35,734 nt of DNA from a virus (lineage: Duplodnaviria > Caudoviricetes), in IMG/VR virus record IMGVR_UViG_3300002092_000108, positions 1 through 35,734 of that record. One strand, given 5' to 3'. The notes under the pieces were generated by a model that was not told the origin of the DNA, did not search any database, and saw nothing but the letters and a program-made list of their open reading frames with translations. Positions 16,475-26,700 of the stretch are shown piece by piece. Position numbers and translations under genes: made by a program. The first letter of the stretch is position 1, and every line of letters starts with the position of its first letter.

Positions 16475-17574
16475 AAGTATTGCTAATACATGACGATACA
16501 TCCAAAAAGGATAAAGAAGTCTCAGCAGTACATATCTGGCGCATCATTCGACCATTCCAAGAACTTGCAAAACATGTTGATTGGCAAATAGACCATCAAT
16601 CGCACCTGATAGATATCAGTAAATTAACAACAGAAGATAAGCTAACCGAAAAAGAATTGCTTAAACAAGCGGAGAAGATAGGACAGTACGATATAGTTTG
16701 GTCTTCATACTATACAGATAGCTCTATGTTTGCTCTATCACAAGTGGTAGGCAAGAAGTATGGCACAAAGTTTGTAATAGATGATGATGATGATATATAC
16801 AACATTGCCGACACTAATCCATTCTGGCTCAAGATGACCAAAAAAGATCAATGGTTAATGCAACGTATGATTGAGGAAGCACCATATATAGTGACGACCA
16901 ACAAAAGATTACAGAAACATTACAAAAAGAAAAGCTTTGTCGATAGTAAGATTTATGTATTACCTAATTATATTAGTGGCTACAAACACAATTACTTCGA
17001 TAACGGACTTGAGGTAGTAATAACATTCTTTGGAGGATCAGCTCACACACCTGACTTAGAAAACACTGGAGTTATGGAAGCATTACAGCAGATTATGAAT
17101 AAGTACAAAAATGTACGAGTTCATTTTATAGGTTGTAAAGCTAAAGGATACTTGCCAACTGGAAGATTTAAGTTCGACTATGGCAAGGTAGGTTATGACT
17201 GGCTAACTGATATATGGCCAAATATTAATGCAGACATTAGTATCGCACCATTAGAAGATACAGAGTTTAACCGAAACAAGACACCAATTAAGTGGATGGA
17301 ATCAGCAATGATACCAGCGGCTTTTATAGGTTCTAATATCCCACCATTTACTGATGTAGTAGAACAAGGTAAGACTGGACTTCTAGTTAATAACACTACT
17401 GAAGATTGGTATGAAGCAATTGAAAAGTTAGTTACTGATCGTAACTACCGCAATGAACTCAAAGCCAACGCATCTAAAGAAGTACAAAAACACACACTCG
17501 AAAACAATTGGCAAAAACTTAAAGACTTAGTCGAAGAAATAGTTGCAGATAAATCAACTAAATACGACTGGTAA
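16471..17574 (+). CDS. GT-B fold glycosyltransferase (GT4-like)
   Basis: WRIIRP, IDDDDD, VLPNY, DISIAPL..FNRNKTPIKWME and GKTGLLV motifs. Confidence 0.88.
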   Translation: MKVLLIHDDTSKKDKEVSAVHIWRIIRPFQELAKHVDWQIDHQSHLIDISKLTTEDKLTEKELLKQAEKIGQYDIVWSSYYTDSSMFALSQVVGKKYGTKFVIDDDDDIYNIADTNPFWLKMTKKDQWLMQRMIEEAPYIVTTNKRLQKHYKKKSFVDSKIYVLPNYISGYKHNYFDNGLEVVITFFGGSAHTPDLENTGVMEALQQIMNKYKNVRVHFIGCKAKGYLPTGRFKFDYGKVGYDWLTDIWPNINADISIAPLEDTEFNRNKTPIKWMESAMIPAAFIGSNIPPFTDVVEQGKTGLLVNNTTEDWYEAIEKLVTDRNYRNELKANASKEVQKHTLENNWQKLKDLVEEIVADKSTKYDW

Positions 17575-17582
17575 AGGATAAT

Positions 17583-17867
17583 ATGACACAAGTATCAACA
17601 TTTACAGCTACTACAGCCGGAACTGTCATCAAGGCAGGAAACGGTGTAATTAGAAACGTTAATATTACCAAAGCAGGAAGTGCCGACACATCTATAACAA
17701 TTTATGACAACGCATCAGCAGCATCTGGCCCAATTCTATATGTAGGCGGTGGAGCAGTTACTGGTTCATTCGCACTAGATCAAGAGACTGGTGTTAATGC
17801 TACACACGGAGCATACATTGTTATATCAGCTACAACAGCACCTAATGTTTGCGTATATTACACATAA
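17583..17867 (+). CDS. Small beta-rich virion protein
   Basis: IYDNASAASG motif; A/T/G-rich. Confidence 0.65.
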   Translation: MTQVSTFTATTAGTVIKAGNGVIRNVNITKAGSADTSITIYDNASAASGPILYVGGGAVTGSFALDQETGVNATHGAYIVISATTAPNVCVYYT

Positions 17868-17890
17868 TAAAACGAAAGGAAACTAAAGCT

Positions 17891-18103
17891 ATGATTCAGA
17901 ATAACTCACACGGAAGTTACAAAGTACCTACTAAAGGAACTAAAGTATCAGTTAAAGTTGCACATCAAAACTCTATTATTGGTCAACCAGTAGTTGGTTC
18001 AAGCAATAGTGAGAACCACGCTAGAACTGTTAACTCTCCTCTTAAAGCCAAAAGAGTACATGGAACTAAGATGGTCAAGACTTCATCTGGAATCGCAATG
18101 TAA
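17891..18103 (+). CDS. Small basic hypothetical protein
   Basis: AAAGGA SD; TAATG coupling to the next gene. Confidence 0.6.
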   Translation: MIQNNSHGSYKVPTKGTKVSVKVAHQNSIIGQPVVGSSNSENHARTVNSPLKAKRVHGTKMVKTSSGIAM

Positions 18104-18543
18104 TGGAGCCACCAATTGTAAAGGGCAGAGTAGAAGCTCCAGTTTCAGAACCAATTACAGAATCAGCTAAAACTGAACATGTAGTTTCCGAAACTACTTC
18201 TAAATCATCACCTGATGAACTGTTTGCCACTTACGAATTGGATCATAACGTACCATTCTTAGCTGACTTGTTTGGCATAGAATCACTATGGAATGACCCA
18301 GGCTTAACTTACAAGGGTGAAATAGAAGCATTAAACGACTATTTCATGACAGAAATAAAAAACAAAACACTCGATAACTCTACTGGTGCTATCAAATCCA
18401 GATTAGCCGCACTTGAAAGACAAGCCGGAATATCAAAGACATCACCAGTAGAATTGAAAGTAAAACTACTAGCTGAACATGCTAGTTACTTAAATAAATT
18501 AGAAAACATTAAACTAGGAGTACGCTTCAATGGCAACACCTAA
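18103..18543 (+). CDS. Hypothetical protein
   Basis: ORF track; coupled to neighbours. Confidence 0.7.
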   Translation: MEPPIVKGRVEAPVSEPITESAKTEHVVSETTSKSSPDELFATYELDHNVPFLADLFGIESLWNDPGLTYKGEIEALNDYFMTEIKNKTLDNSTGAIKSRLAALERQAGISKTSPVELKVKLLAEHASYLNKLENIKLGVRFNGNT

Positions 18544-19282
18544 TCGCCAAAGCAAACCTTATACATATAGAACACAGCAAGAAATTGCTAACAATACTTA
18601 TGATGAACAATACAAGGTAGAGACTGTTGCTCCTTTGGGATACCGGACGGATATAGATTCATTCGTACCTTTGAATGTAGATGCATCTGGTAACCTCAAT
18701 GTAACAAGTACAGGCGGTGGTGGAGGAGGTACTCAGTACACCGATGGTTCTTCAACAATAGCTCATCCAATAGGAACAATACCTGTTTATGATAAAGCAG
18801 GAACAATCACAGCAGTTTCAGTAGCCAACCCACTTCCAGTAAGTGCAACAATTTCTACAGCAGGACTTGCTACCTCTACAATTCAAACAGATGGCACACA
18901 GAAGACACAAGTAACTTCACTACCAGCTTTACCTACAGGAACTAACGCTATAGGTTCTATAACTAATACTACCTTTGCTAGTACACAGTCTGGTACTTGG
19001 AACACTGGTACACCATCAGCCACAATTAACATAGGTCAAACAACCTCAGCAGTAACAGCAACCCAACTTACAGCATCATCTATTGCTATGACTAATGGCG
19101 TAGTTATACAGGCTCTTTCTACTAACACAGCATCAGTATTTATCGGCAACTCAGGTGTAACTACGGCCAACGGATTTGAACTAACTGCGGGTTCTTCACT
19201 TACAATCTCACCAAGCAATATCAACCTTGTATATGTAATAGGTACTAATGCAACAGATAAAGTTTGCTGGAGCGTAACATGA
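18530..19282 (+). CDS. Virion fibre/decoration protein
   Basis: T/S/G-rich; VDASGNL, NPLPV and LPTGTNAIG motifs; C-terminal beta-sandwich-like region. Confidence 0.7.
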   Translation: MATPNRQSKPYTYRTQQEIANNTYDEQYKVETVAPLGYRTDIDSFVPLNVDASGNLNVTSTGGGGGGTQYTDGSSTIAHPIGTIPVYDKAGTITAVSVANPLPVSATISTAGLATSTIQTDGTQKTQVTSLPALPTGTNAIGSITNTTFASTQSGTWNTGTPSATINIGQTTSAVTATQLTASSIAMTNGVVIQALSTNTASVFIGNSGVTTANGFELTAGSSLTISPSNINLVYVIGTNATDKVCWSVT

Positions 19283-21699
19283 TTAGTCCAGGCAGCAAAC
19301 CAACTACTATACGAGCTAAAACACAGTTACCTACTGATAACTCTACTCTTATTGCTACTGATGCTTTTGTACAGAACGTAGCAGAAACAGCCGCTATTAG
19401 TACACTTACAGTTATAGGACACTCATGGACTGGTGGAACTAACTCTAGTTCTTCTTATACGCCACAATTTGGTTCACAAAATATGATACCTAGACTTATG
19501 GGTATGTTAGGCTCAACACAAGATAATTTGTGGCACATGGGTACAGGAGCTTCTTGGCTTACTAAAACAGTCGCAGCTTTTGGTGGTCGTAACTGTGGTT
19601 GGGGTGGAGTGTTTCAATATGTAGTTCCTTATTCTAATCCTTTAATTGCCGATACAAATACTTCTCAGATACCAGTTCCAGTACCTAATCCTTCAGCTTA
19701 TGCGATAGTTCATGGTGTAAACGATATAGGAGTCATGAACCTTAATACTACCGCTACAAGCTTTGCACAAATACAAAAAGCTTATACAAATACACTGAGG
19801 TCTGTTATTTCAAGGTGCCGTGCTGGTTCGCTTTATGGTTCTTATTACGCAAGTGGTGCTACTAATACAGCTGGCACACCGCCAGTTTCTTGGGATTCAA
19901 CTATTACTACATCTGGATTTACTTCAACTGCACAAACTACTGCTAATACAGGCGTAGCAGTCTATAGAAGCTCTACTAATGGAAATACCATAACTTATAC
20001 CATTCCTGCAAACTTTGCTGGTGGTACGATAGCTATGTGTTTCTTGGGAAATAAAAACGCATGGTCGTTATGTAACACAACAATGAATAATACAGATGCT
20101 TCAACAGTTGTTGCTCTTACACAAAATGTAAATACACCCTACCAAAACTTTGCTAATGGAGATGTGATTGCTTGGTATTCAGGTGGTGTTGATTCAGGTG
20201 AACGAGGACTAATTACAGCAGGTGGCGGAACAACATCTATTACAGTTACTAGAGGATTTAACTCTACAACCAAAACAACTCATGCAATTGGCGATGAAAT
20301 AGTAACAGCTAGTTCAATCAGTGTTAATTTTTCAACAAGTGGAAGCAACGCCACCATAACAGGTAATTTAGCTTTAGGTGCTATGGGATTACCACAACTT
20401 ACTAACGTTTATGGAGCTGAGAGAGTTCCAGTAGTTAAACGATTTGTTTGTACAGGTGCAGACGCAGGTAAGACAATTGTTGCCACAGTAAGTGCAGTAG
20501 CTAGCGATACAGCTACAGTTGATTTTGATTCAGCTTGGATTGAAGCTTTTGACCCTCAACCTTGTATTGTTGCCAGCTTACCAGTTTATGCTTATTCAAG
20601 TAACGCTTTTGTAACAAGAGCACAGATGCTTGCATGGAACACAAGTAACACAGCAGTAGTGGCAGAGTTTGATGGAGCTGTTCAATCAGCTGAGTTTAAT
20701 ACAACTATATTTAACAGAAATGGTACACTTAACACTAACATTACATCTACTCAAGGTACATTAGGTGATGCTAATCCAACTTTTACAATAACAGCAGAAA
20801 GTCAATCTACTTTTGCAACTTTAGTAAACAACAGTACTTTTGCAATAGAAGGCGAAAGAATACTAGTAGGAACAATTACCAATAACAATAATGGTACTTT
20901 TACATTATCAAACTGTACTAGAGGTTATGATGGTACAGCCGCAGCTTCACATACATCAGGTAAAATATTTTCTGATGGTATTTGGTTTGGTCCAGATTGT
21001 TTGCACCCTAACGGATATGGACACAATGTTTTTGCTAATGCACTTTACAATGGATTTAAGAGTTATCAACCCCAATCAACTTATTCACTTTCAACAGGTG
21101 CAGGTAACACAAGCACTGATATGAAAAACCCAACATTAGGTTTAGTAAATAATGGCTATCTAACAGTTCCAGTCACCAACTTAGCTAACGCATTAACAGC
21201 TTTTAACACACAAACATTTATACCAATTTATATTCCAACTACTTGTATTATTACTCAAATGGGGGTAGTCGTTACTACAACAGGAGCAACAGCTTCAGTA
21301 TGTAGGTTCGGACTTTATGATTTAGATTCTTATAGACGAGCACCAGGAACTTTATATCAAGATTTTGGTACAGTATCTACAATCGGTACTAATTTTATAG
21401 CAGTTAATACCTATAAATTAGTTAGACCAGGTTGGTATTACCTTTCACAATGTGAACAAGGTAGTGGTACAGCGGCAGTTAAAAGAGGGTTTAACTCTAC
21501 AGCGGCAATTCAAGGTTGGGCTGGACCAGTAATTTCTACCACCACAGCTCCAGTAATTGCTTGGTTGCCTACATTCGGATTTACTCAAACTGGCGTAACA
21601 GGAGCATTTGCAGTTACTCCAACTCCAGTAGAAGCATCAGGTGCTTCAGCAGTAATTCCTCTTATATGGATTAAAACACAAGTAAAGGCATGGCTATAA
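19279..21699 (+). CDS. Tail spike/fibre-like protein with interrupted SGNH hydrolase domain
   Basis: Blocks VIGHSW, G.GAS, HGVND and DCLHP; two inserted GE...TRG...H modules. Confidence 0.75.
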   Translation: MISPGSKPTTIRAKTQLPTDNSTLIATDAFVQNVAETAAISTLTVIGHSWTGGTNSSSSYTPQFGSQNMIPRLMGMLGSTQDNLWHMGTGASWLTKTVAAFGGRNCGWGGVFQYVVPYSNPLIADTNTSQIPVPVPNPSAYAIVHGVNDIGVMNLNTTATSFAQIQKAYTNTLRSVISRCRAGSLYGSYYASGATNTAGTPPVSWDSTITTSGFTSTAQTTANTGVAVYRSSTNGNTITYTIPANFAGGTIAMCFLGNKNAWSLCNTTMNNTDASTVVALTQNVNTPYQNFANGDVIAWYSGGVDSGERGLITAGGGTTSITVTRGFNSTTKTTHAIGDEIVTASSISVNFSTSGSNATITGNLALGAMGLPQLTNVYGAERVPVVKRFVCTGADAGKTIVATVSAVASDTATVDFDSAWIEAFDPQPCIVASLPVYAYSSNAFVTRAQMLAWNTSNTAVVAEFDGAVQSAEFNTTIFNRNGTLNTNITSTQGTLGDANPTFTITAESQSTFATLVNNSTFAIEGERILVGTITNNNNGTFTLSNCTRGYDGTAAASHTSGKIFSDGIWFGPDCLHPNGYGHNVFANALYNGFKSYQPQSTYSLSTGAGNTSTDMKNPTLGLVNNGYLTVPVTNLANALTAFNTQTFIPIYIPTTCIITQMGVVVTTTGATASVCRFGLYDLDSYRRAPGTLYQDFGTVSTIGTNFIAVNTYKLVRPGWYYLSQCEQGSGTAAVKRGFNSTAAIQGWAGPVISTTTAPVIAWLPTFGFTQTGVTGAFAVTPTPVEASGASAVIPLIWIKTQVKAWL

Positions 21700-21700
21700 A

Positions 21701-21928
21701 ATGACTATAGATGATTTGGTAAACTTCACTTATAAAATAGATGGAGATATAGTTCAAATACTTACTAGTTTTAAAAACGTTTATTCGCTTACAACATCAC
21801 AAGATGCAGATGGTAATGAAGTTCAAGATTTAATGATTGCAAGTTGGAGTGTTCCTGCAAGTGAAATAGAAGGTATGGAAGATCCTACAGATTACCTAAA
21901 ACAAGTAATTGTAACCGCTAACTCGTAA
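21701..21928 (+). CDS. Small acidic protein (possible fibre chaperone)
   Basis: Immediately follows the fibre gene. Confidence 0.6.
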   Translation: MTIDDLVNFTYKIDGDIVQILTSFKNVYSLTTSQDADGNEVQDLMIASWSVPASEIEGMEDPTDYLKQVIVTANS

Positions 21929-21957
21929 ACGCTTGCAAATAAGTGTATAATATGGTC

Positions 21958-22533
21958 ATGAGTATAAATAATAAACCTACATTTGCTGATGCACTTATAA
22001 ATTTAATTTCAAGTACTTTTAAGACTTACTTGCCAGTAATAATTCTTGTATTAATAGGCATAATTGGTGGTGTTTTCTATCGAAACTATGAAGCTAATCG
22101 TTCTTTAGAGAGAAATAGACAATTATCTGCAACTATTTCAAATCCTGATTTATTTAATTCAGACCAATTCAATGGTTGGATGTTTGCTGAACGAATTAAT
22201 AATCATGTACGATTATCTTTTGATAATAAAAAACTAGACATTTTGGCTCAATCAGAAGCTGAATATTTAAAAGCTAATTCAAATATTCCAGATAGTACTT
22301 CAACTCAACAGAAGATTATTCAAGCAGTCGGCCCAGTTTTATATTATGGTCAAGACCATGATACTATATGTTCTTACACAACAAATGCTGATGAAGAATT
22401 ACGTTTCAAAAACAACAAAGTACTTTATAGTAATATGATTGATTACAATATTAATGCGTATGGAGTTGGTTATGTAGCTCCAGACAAAGGATCATGTAAT
22501 GGTTACTTTGTTATAGATTTTGCAGGATTATGA
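21958..22533 (+). CDS. Membrane-anchored degenerate CAP/SCP-like protein (moron)
   Basis: One TM helix, then R..L..D.KL..LAQ..A and NMID...YGVGY...VIDF pattern; own TATAAT at 21946-21951. Confidence 0.6.
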   Translation: MSINNKPTFADALINLISSTFKTYLPVIILVLIGIIGGVFYRNYEANRSLERNRQLSATISNPDLFNSDQFNGWMFAERINNHVRLSFDNKKLDILAQSEAEYLKANSNIPDSTSTQQKIIQAVGPVLYYGQDHDTICSYTTNADEELRFKNNKVLYSNMIDYNINAYGVGYVAPDKGSCNGYFVIDFAGL

Positions 22534-22624
22534 TATAATGTGGGGTAACGACAGGGACACGCCCTAACGGCCTTACTCTTATCAAAGAATAGGCACTTTC
22601 CAATAAACCGGGAGGTGCTTTTTT
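22531..22624 (+). promoter_or_regulatory. Late promoter plus UAC/AU hairpin and overlapping terminator (copy 1)
   Basis: TGaTATAAT 22531-22539; GCCT-TAC-TCTT-ATCA-AAGA-AT-AGGC 22570-22594; terminator 22591-22624. Confidence 0.7.
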
Positions 22625-22659
22625 AGTTTCTCCCTTAAAACTTCTTAGGAGAAAACAAA

Positions 22660-23703
22660 ATGAATCCCGTAGTAAATCTAATTAATCATCCTCAAATAGC
22701 TAATCCAGGTTCAGTTGCTCAAACTGCAACAGGACAGGCAGTTTATCCATCAACAGGAACACCAGATCAAATATTCCCATCCTCACAAAATAATAATATA
22801 ACTAATAACACCCCTGCCAACAATGGTGCAGTAGCAGGTGGAGGTGGTGGTGGAGGTGCATCTGGTTCAACTTACAACCCTGCAATCGCTAATGCAATTA
22901 ATCAGAATTATGCTGAACAACAAAGAGGTTATCAAGCCTTATTAGACCAACTAGATCCAAACTACCAAGCCAACACAGGTTTTGTAGGTAATCAATACAA
23001 TAATCAGAACCAAACGTTACAAGACCAATACAATGCTGGACTAAACTCTAATAAGTTAGCTAACGCACAATTAGAAACATCAAGAACTAATACTCTTAGA
23101 GATTTAACTCACCAAATGCAGGGAATGATTCAAGGCTACGGCAATCAACTCGGTACTTATGGGGCTGGTGATTCAAGCGCAGCTGGATTAATTAACTACG
23201 CTCTTACTAATCAAGGCAACAGAAGCATTAATGATGCTAACCAACAAGCCGCTTATCAACAAACTGGATTGAACAATCAATCAGATAATTTACAAAAACA
23301 ATACGAAGATCAGTATGGTGCGCTTAATAACTGGAGAGATCAATCACTTTCTCAGCTTGCTCAAGCATACGATTTATATAAACAACAATATCAAAATGCA
23401 ATTACTGGTTCACAAACTCAGCAAAGCCAGATGTTGGCTTCTTATGGTGCTCACCCTGATTCAACACTTCTTAATGCACTTCAGAACTTGGATAAATCAT
23501 ATACAAATGCAAAAGCTAATTTAGATAATACCTATACTCAAGCTTCTCCCGGCGTTGATTTATCTCAGTACAATTCTTTTGCGGTTAACCCAATAACTCA
23601 ACAACAATTACAAGGTGCTAACTTTACACCAGTTCAAACTCAACCTGTAAATGCTCCAGTATCAATAAGACGTACAACTGACCAAACTCAACAAGGATTG
23701 TAA
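22660..23703 (+). CDS. Putative DNA ejection/internal virion protein
   Basis: Q/N/A-rich coiled coil with a Gly-rich hydrophobic patch; podovirus gene position. Confidence 0.65.
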   Translation: MNPVVNLINHPQIANPGSVAQTATGQAVYPSTGTPDQIFPSSQNNNITNNTPANNGAVAGGGGGGGASGSTYNPAIANAINQNYAEQQRGYQALLDQLDPNYQANTGFVGNQYNNQNQTLQDQYNAGLNSNKLANAQLETSRTNTLRDLTHQMQGMIQGYGNQLGTYGAGDSSAAGLINYALTNQGNRSINDANQQAAYQQTGLNNQSDNLQKQYEDQYGALNNWRDQSLSQLAQAYDLYKQQYQNAITGSQTQQSQMLASYGAHPDSTLLNALQNLDKSYTNAKANLDNTYTQASPGVDLSQYNSFAVNPITQQQLQGANFTPVQTQPVNAPVSIRRTTDQTQQGL

Positions 23704-26700
23704 TGGGATTATTTGATTCGCTAGGTAACTGGTTCAAAAAAGAACTAGATATAGGGCAGCCTGCATCAGCACCTGCTCCTCAACCTAGTGCTTCTTCACA
23801 CCCTCAAAGCTTACCCGGATTATCTGTTCAGCCATTGCAGAATCAACCAAGTTTTAATATTGCACCTCCACCAAGTCCTAATCCTATAACTGTTGCCCCC
23901 CCAAGTCCAACACCTCAAGCTCCACCAGTTCATACTAATTTCTTCAACCCTTTTTTCCATCAGCTTAATCAAGCTGCTAACGGAGCTGTATCTGATTTAA
24001 AAGATATTGGTGATTTAGGTGCGCTAGGTGTTGCTAATCTTACAAATAACCAACAAGCCGCCAACAATGCTCGTAATGCCATCGGCAACAACAATGCCAA
24101 CCTTGATACAAAAAACTTTGCAACTAACTTAGGTGGACTTAGTCAGGATGTATTAGTAACACCTGCTGCCAAAGCTTATATTAATACTGGTGCCGGAATC
24201 GCAACAGGTATAGTTAATGGACTAACTGGCCAAAACCAAACATCACAAGAAGCAATAGGCGGTGGACCACTTGGAGGTATAACTAACTGGGCATCAAACA
24301 ATGGAACAGCTAATGAAGGTACAGCTCGCAATTTAGCAAGTAATGCAATTAATACAGGAATCAATTTACTAACACTAGGTAAAGGTAAAGCCATAGATCA
24401 AGCCGCTGAAGGTCTTATAGGAAACTATATACCTCAACTTGCAGAATCTGGATTAGGTAGAGCAGCACAAAGACTTGGTGGTAGCGAAGCCGTAGCAGGA
24501 CTATATGGCGCTGGAATGGGTGCATCTCAAGCTGCACAAAGTGCTAACAATATTAAAGAAGTTGGAACAGATATAGGTAAAGGCACACTACAAAACTTAC
24601 CATTTGGAATACTTGGTGTATTACCTAACGCTGCTCATGGTCTAGTAAATACAGCCAATAAAGTAGCTGATTCAACCCCGGCAATAATAAATCAAACCAG
24701 ACAATTAGTAGCCGACCAAGGTGGTCACATTGGATTTAACAATGTTGCAGATAATCACCCAGCAGTAATACAACTTAATGACCATTTAGATACTCTTAAT
24801 AAGTTAAGAGATAATATGACTCAAAATGGATTAGATGAACGTAATCCAGCAATGGTAAACAATGCTAAGGCATACCAAGCTACATTAGATGAACTTAACA
24901 ACACTAGAAATGCTATTACTCAGGGTGGCTACGTTAAAGTACGTGGAACACCAGAACCTACTCCAGAAGCCCCACAAGTAGGCGTAATAAACGAAATTAA
25001 ACAAGCATTTGGAAATCGCAAACTTACCGATAAACAGTTATATGGTGATTCAATGATAAAAAGTACATATAAAGGCAAACCAATAACTACCAATGCATTT
25101 ATGTTAGAGTTTTCTGATGTTCCATACAAAGAAGGTTTTGGAAAAGTTACAAAAGCTATTGATAAGAAATCTGCACCGATTATGGAAAAAGTACTTGCTG
25201 GAAAAGACAACCCTCAGACACAACTTACACCAGTATCTAAATCAGACCAGTTCGTAAATCTTACGGGTGGTAATAATTCAGTAGTCTTAAAAGGTAAGTA
25301 CGTTACTCACATGTATCAGAAATATGGTAATGATATTACATTCCATTCCGATAATCCGCTTGACCCAGTATTTGTAAGAAAGAATGGTGAAAATGTTGGC
25401 ATCATCATGCCAGTTAAAGAGAATGCTAAGAACAACATAAACTTTAAACCACTACAAACGGCACAAGAAATACCTACCCCCGCCCCACAAGTAGGTAAGA
25501 ATGTAAACCAACCTACATCCACACCAGTAAATACTAGTAACAATCCTAATAGTTTTAAAGTAGCAGAAAGAGATGGAACACAACAACAGGTAGATTTTAA
25601 AACAAGTAGATCTGGTAAACAAACAGTAGAAAGATCTATGGTTAATCCAGAGGGCAATTATTTCATAGAAAGTATGCCACTTGATAAAGCAACTAAAAAG
25701 TTTGGTACTTCTGATCCAGAAACTATTGCTAATCTATTGGTAGATGGGGAATTTAACCCACAATCCGAACAGTGGGAAGCTAAAGGTAGGACAGTAAATA
25801 ATGAACAACCAACTACTACTGAATCTAATGTAACCGAAAGGAAAGGTTATAATGTATATACAAATAAAGACGGTAGTCAAACTTATATACCTAAAGCTGA
25901 AAATAATAGACAGACCACTACCCCAGCCCCACAAGTAGGTAAGACACCACAAGTTGAACCACCTGTCACCAAACCCGAACATTCAATTATAGTTAGCGAA
26001 ACTAAGCCTATGCCAGATGGTAGCAAGATTGTTATTAAAGCCGGTCGTGACCCTAATACAGGTATGACTATTAAATGGGAAGAACGAGTAGATAAGAATA
26101 CAGATAAGGCTATCAATATCTCTAAATCAAAGACAGGTGATGATTTAAGTAATCCACAAAACTACGCTGATACTTTCGGAGTAACAAAACAACAAGCAGA
26201 AAAAGACTTCAAACAGATGCGTGAAGAAGACTTAACGCCTCCTAATAACCTAATCAATAACGAACCTCCAAAACTAACTGTTCAACAAAAGCGTGAGATT
26301 ATACAAGAAAATCCATACCAACAAACAAAGAATCAAGTTGAACTTAATCCTCAAGAAGGTAACGTTAAAGGTGCAATAGCTCAAGCAACAGGTAAAGCAG
26401 CTGAAAGAGATAGAAGACTATTAGATGCTGAGAAACTTGTAAATAAACTAACCCCAGAAGATAAAGAACTTCTATATAGGTATGATGATGGTGAGAAATT
26501 ATCTAATGTATTAAAAGATGCTAAAGAACCAGCTAAACTTGAACAGGCTATCAAGGCTAACGATGATGCGTTTGACTACCATCTTTCGTTAGATAGGGCA
26601 GCAGGTGGTGCTACATTAAGACAAAACAACTATACATTCCCTAAGTTCTTCCAATTACCAGAAGAAAAGATGGATGAGTTAGGTATACCAGAAAATCAAC

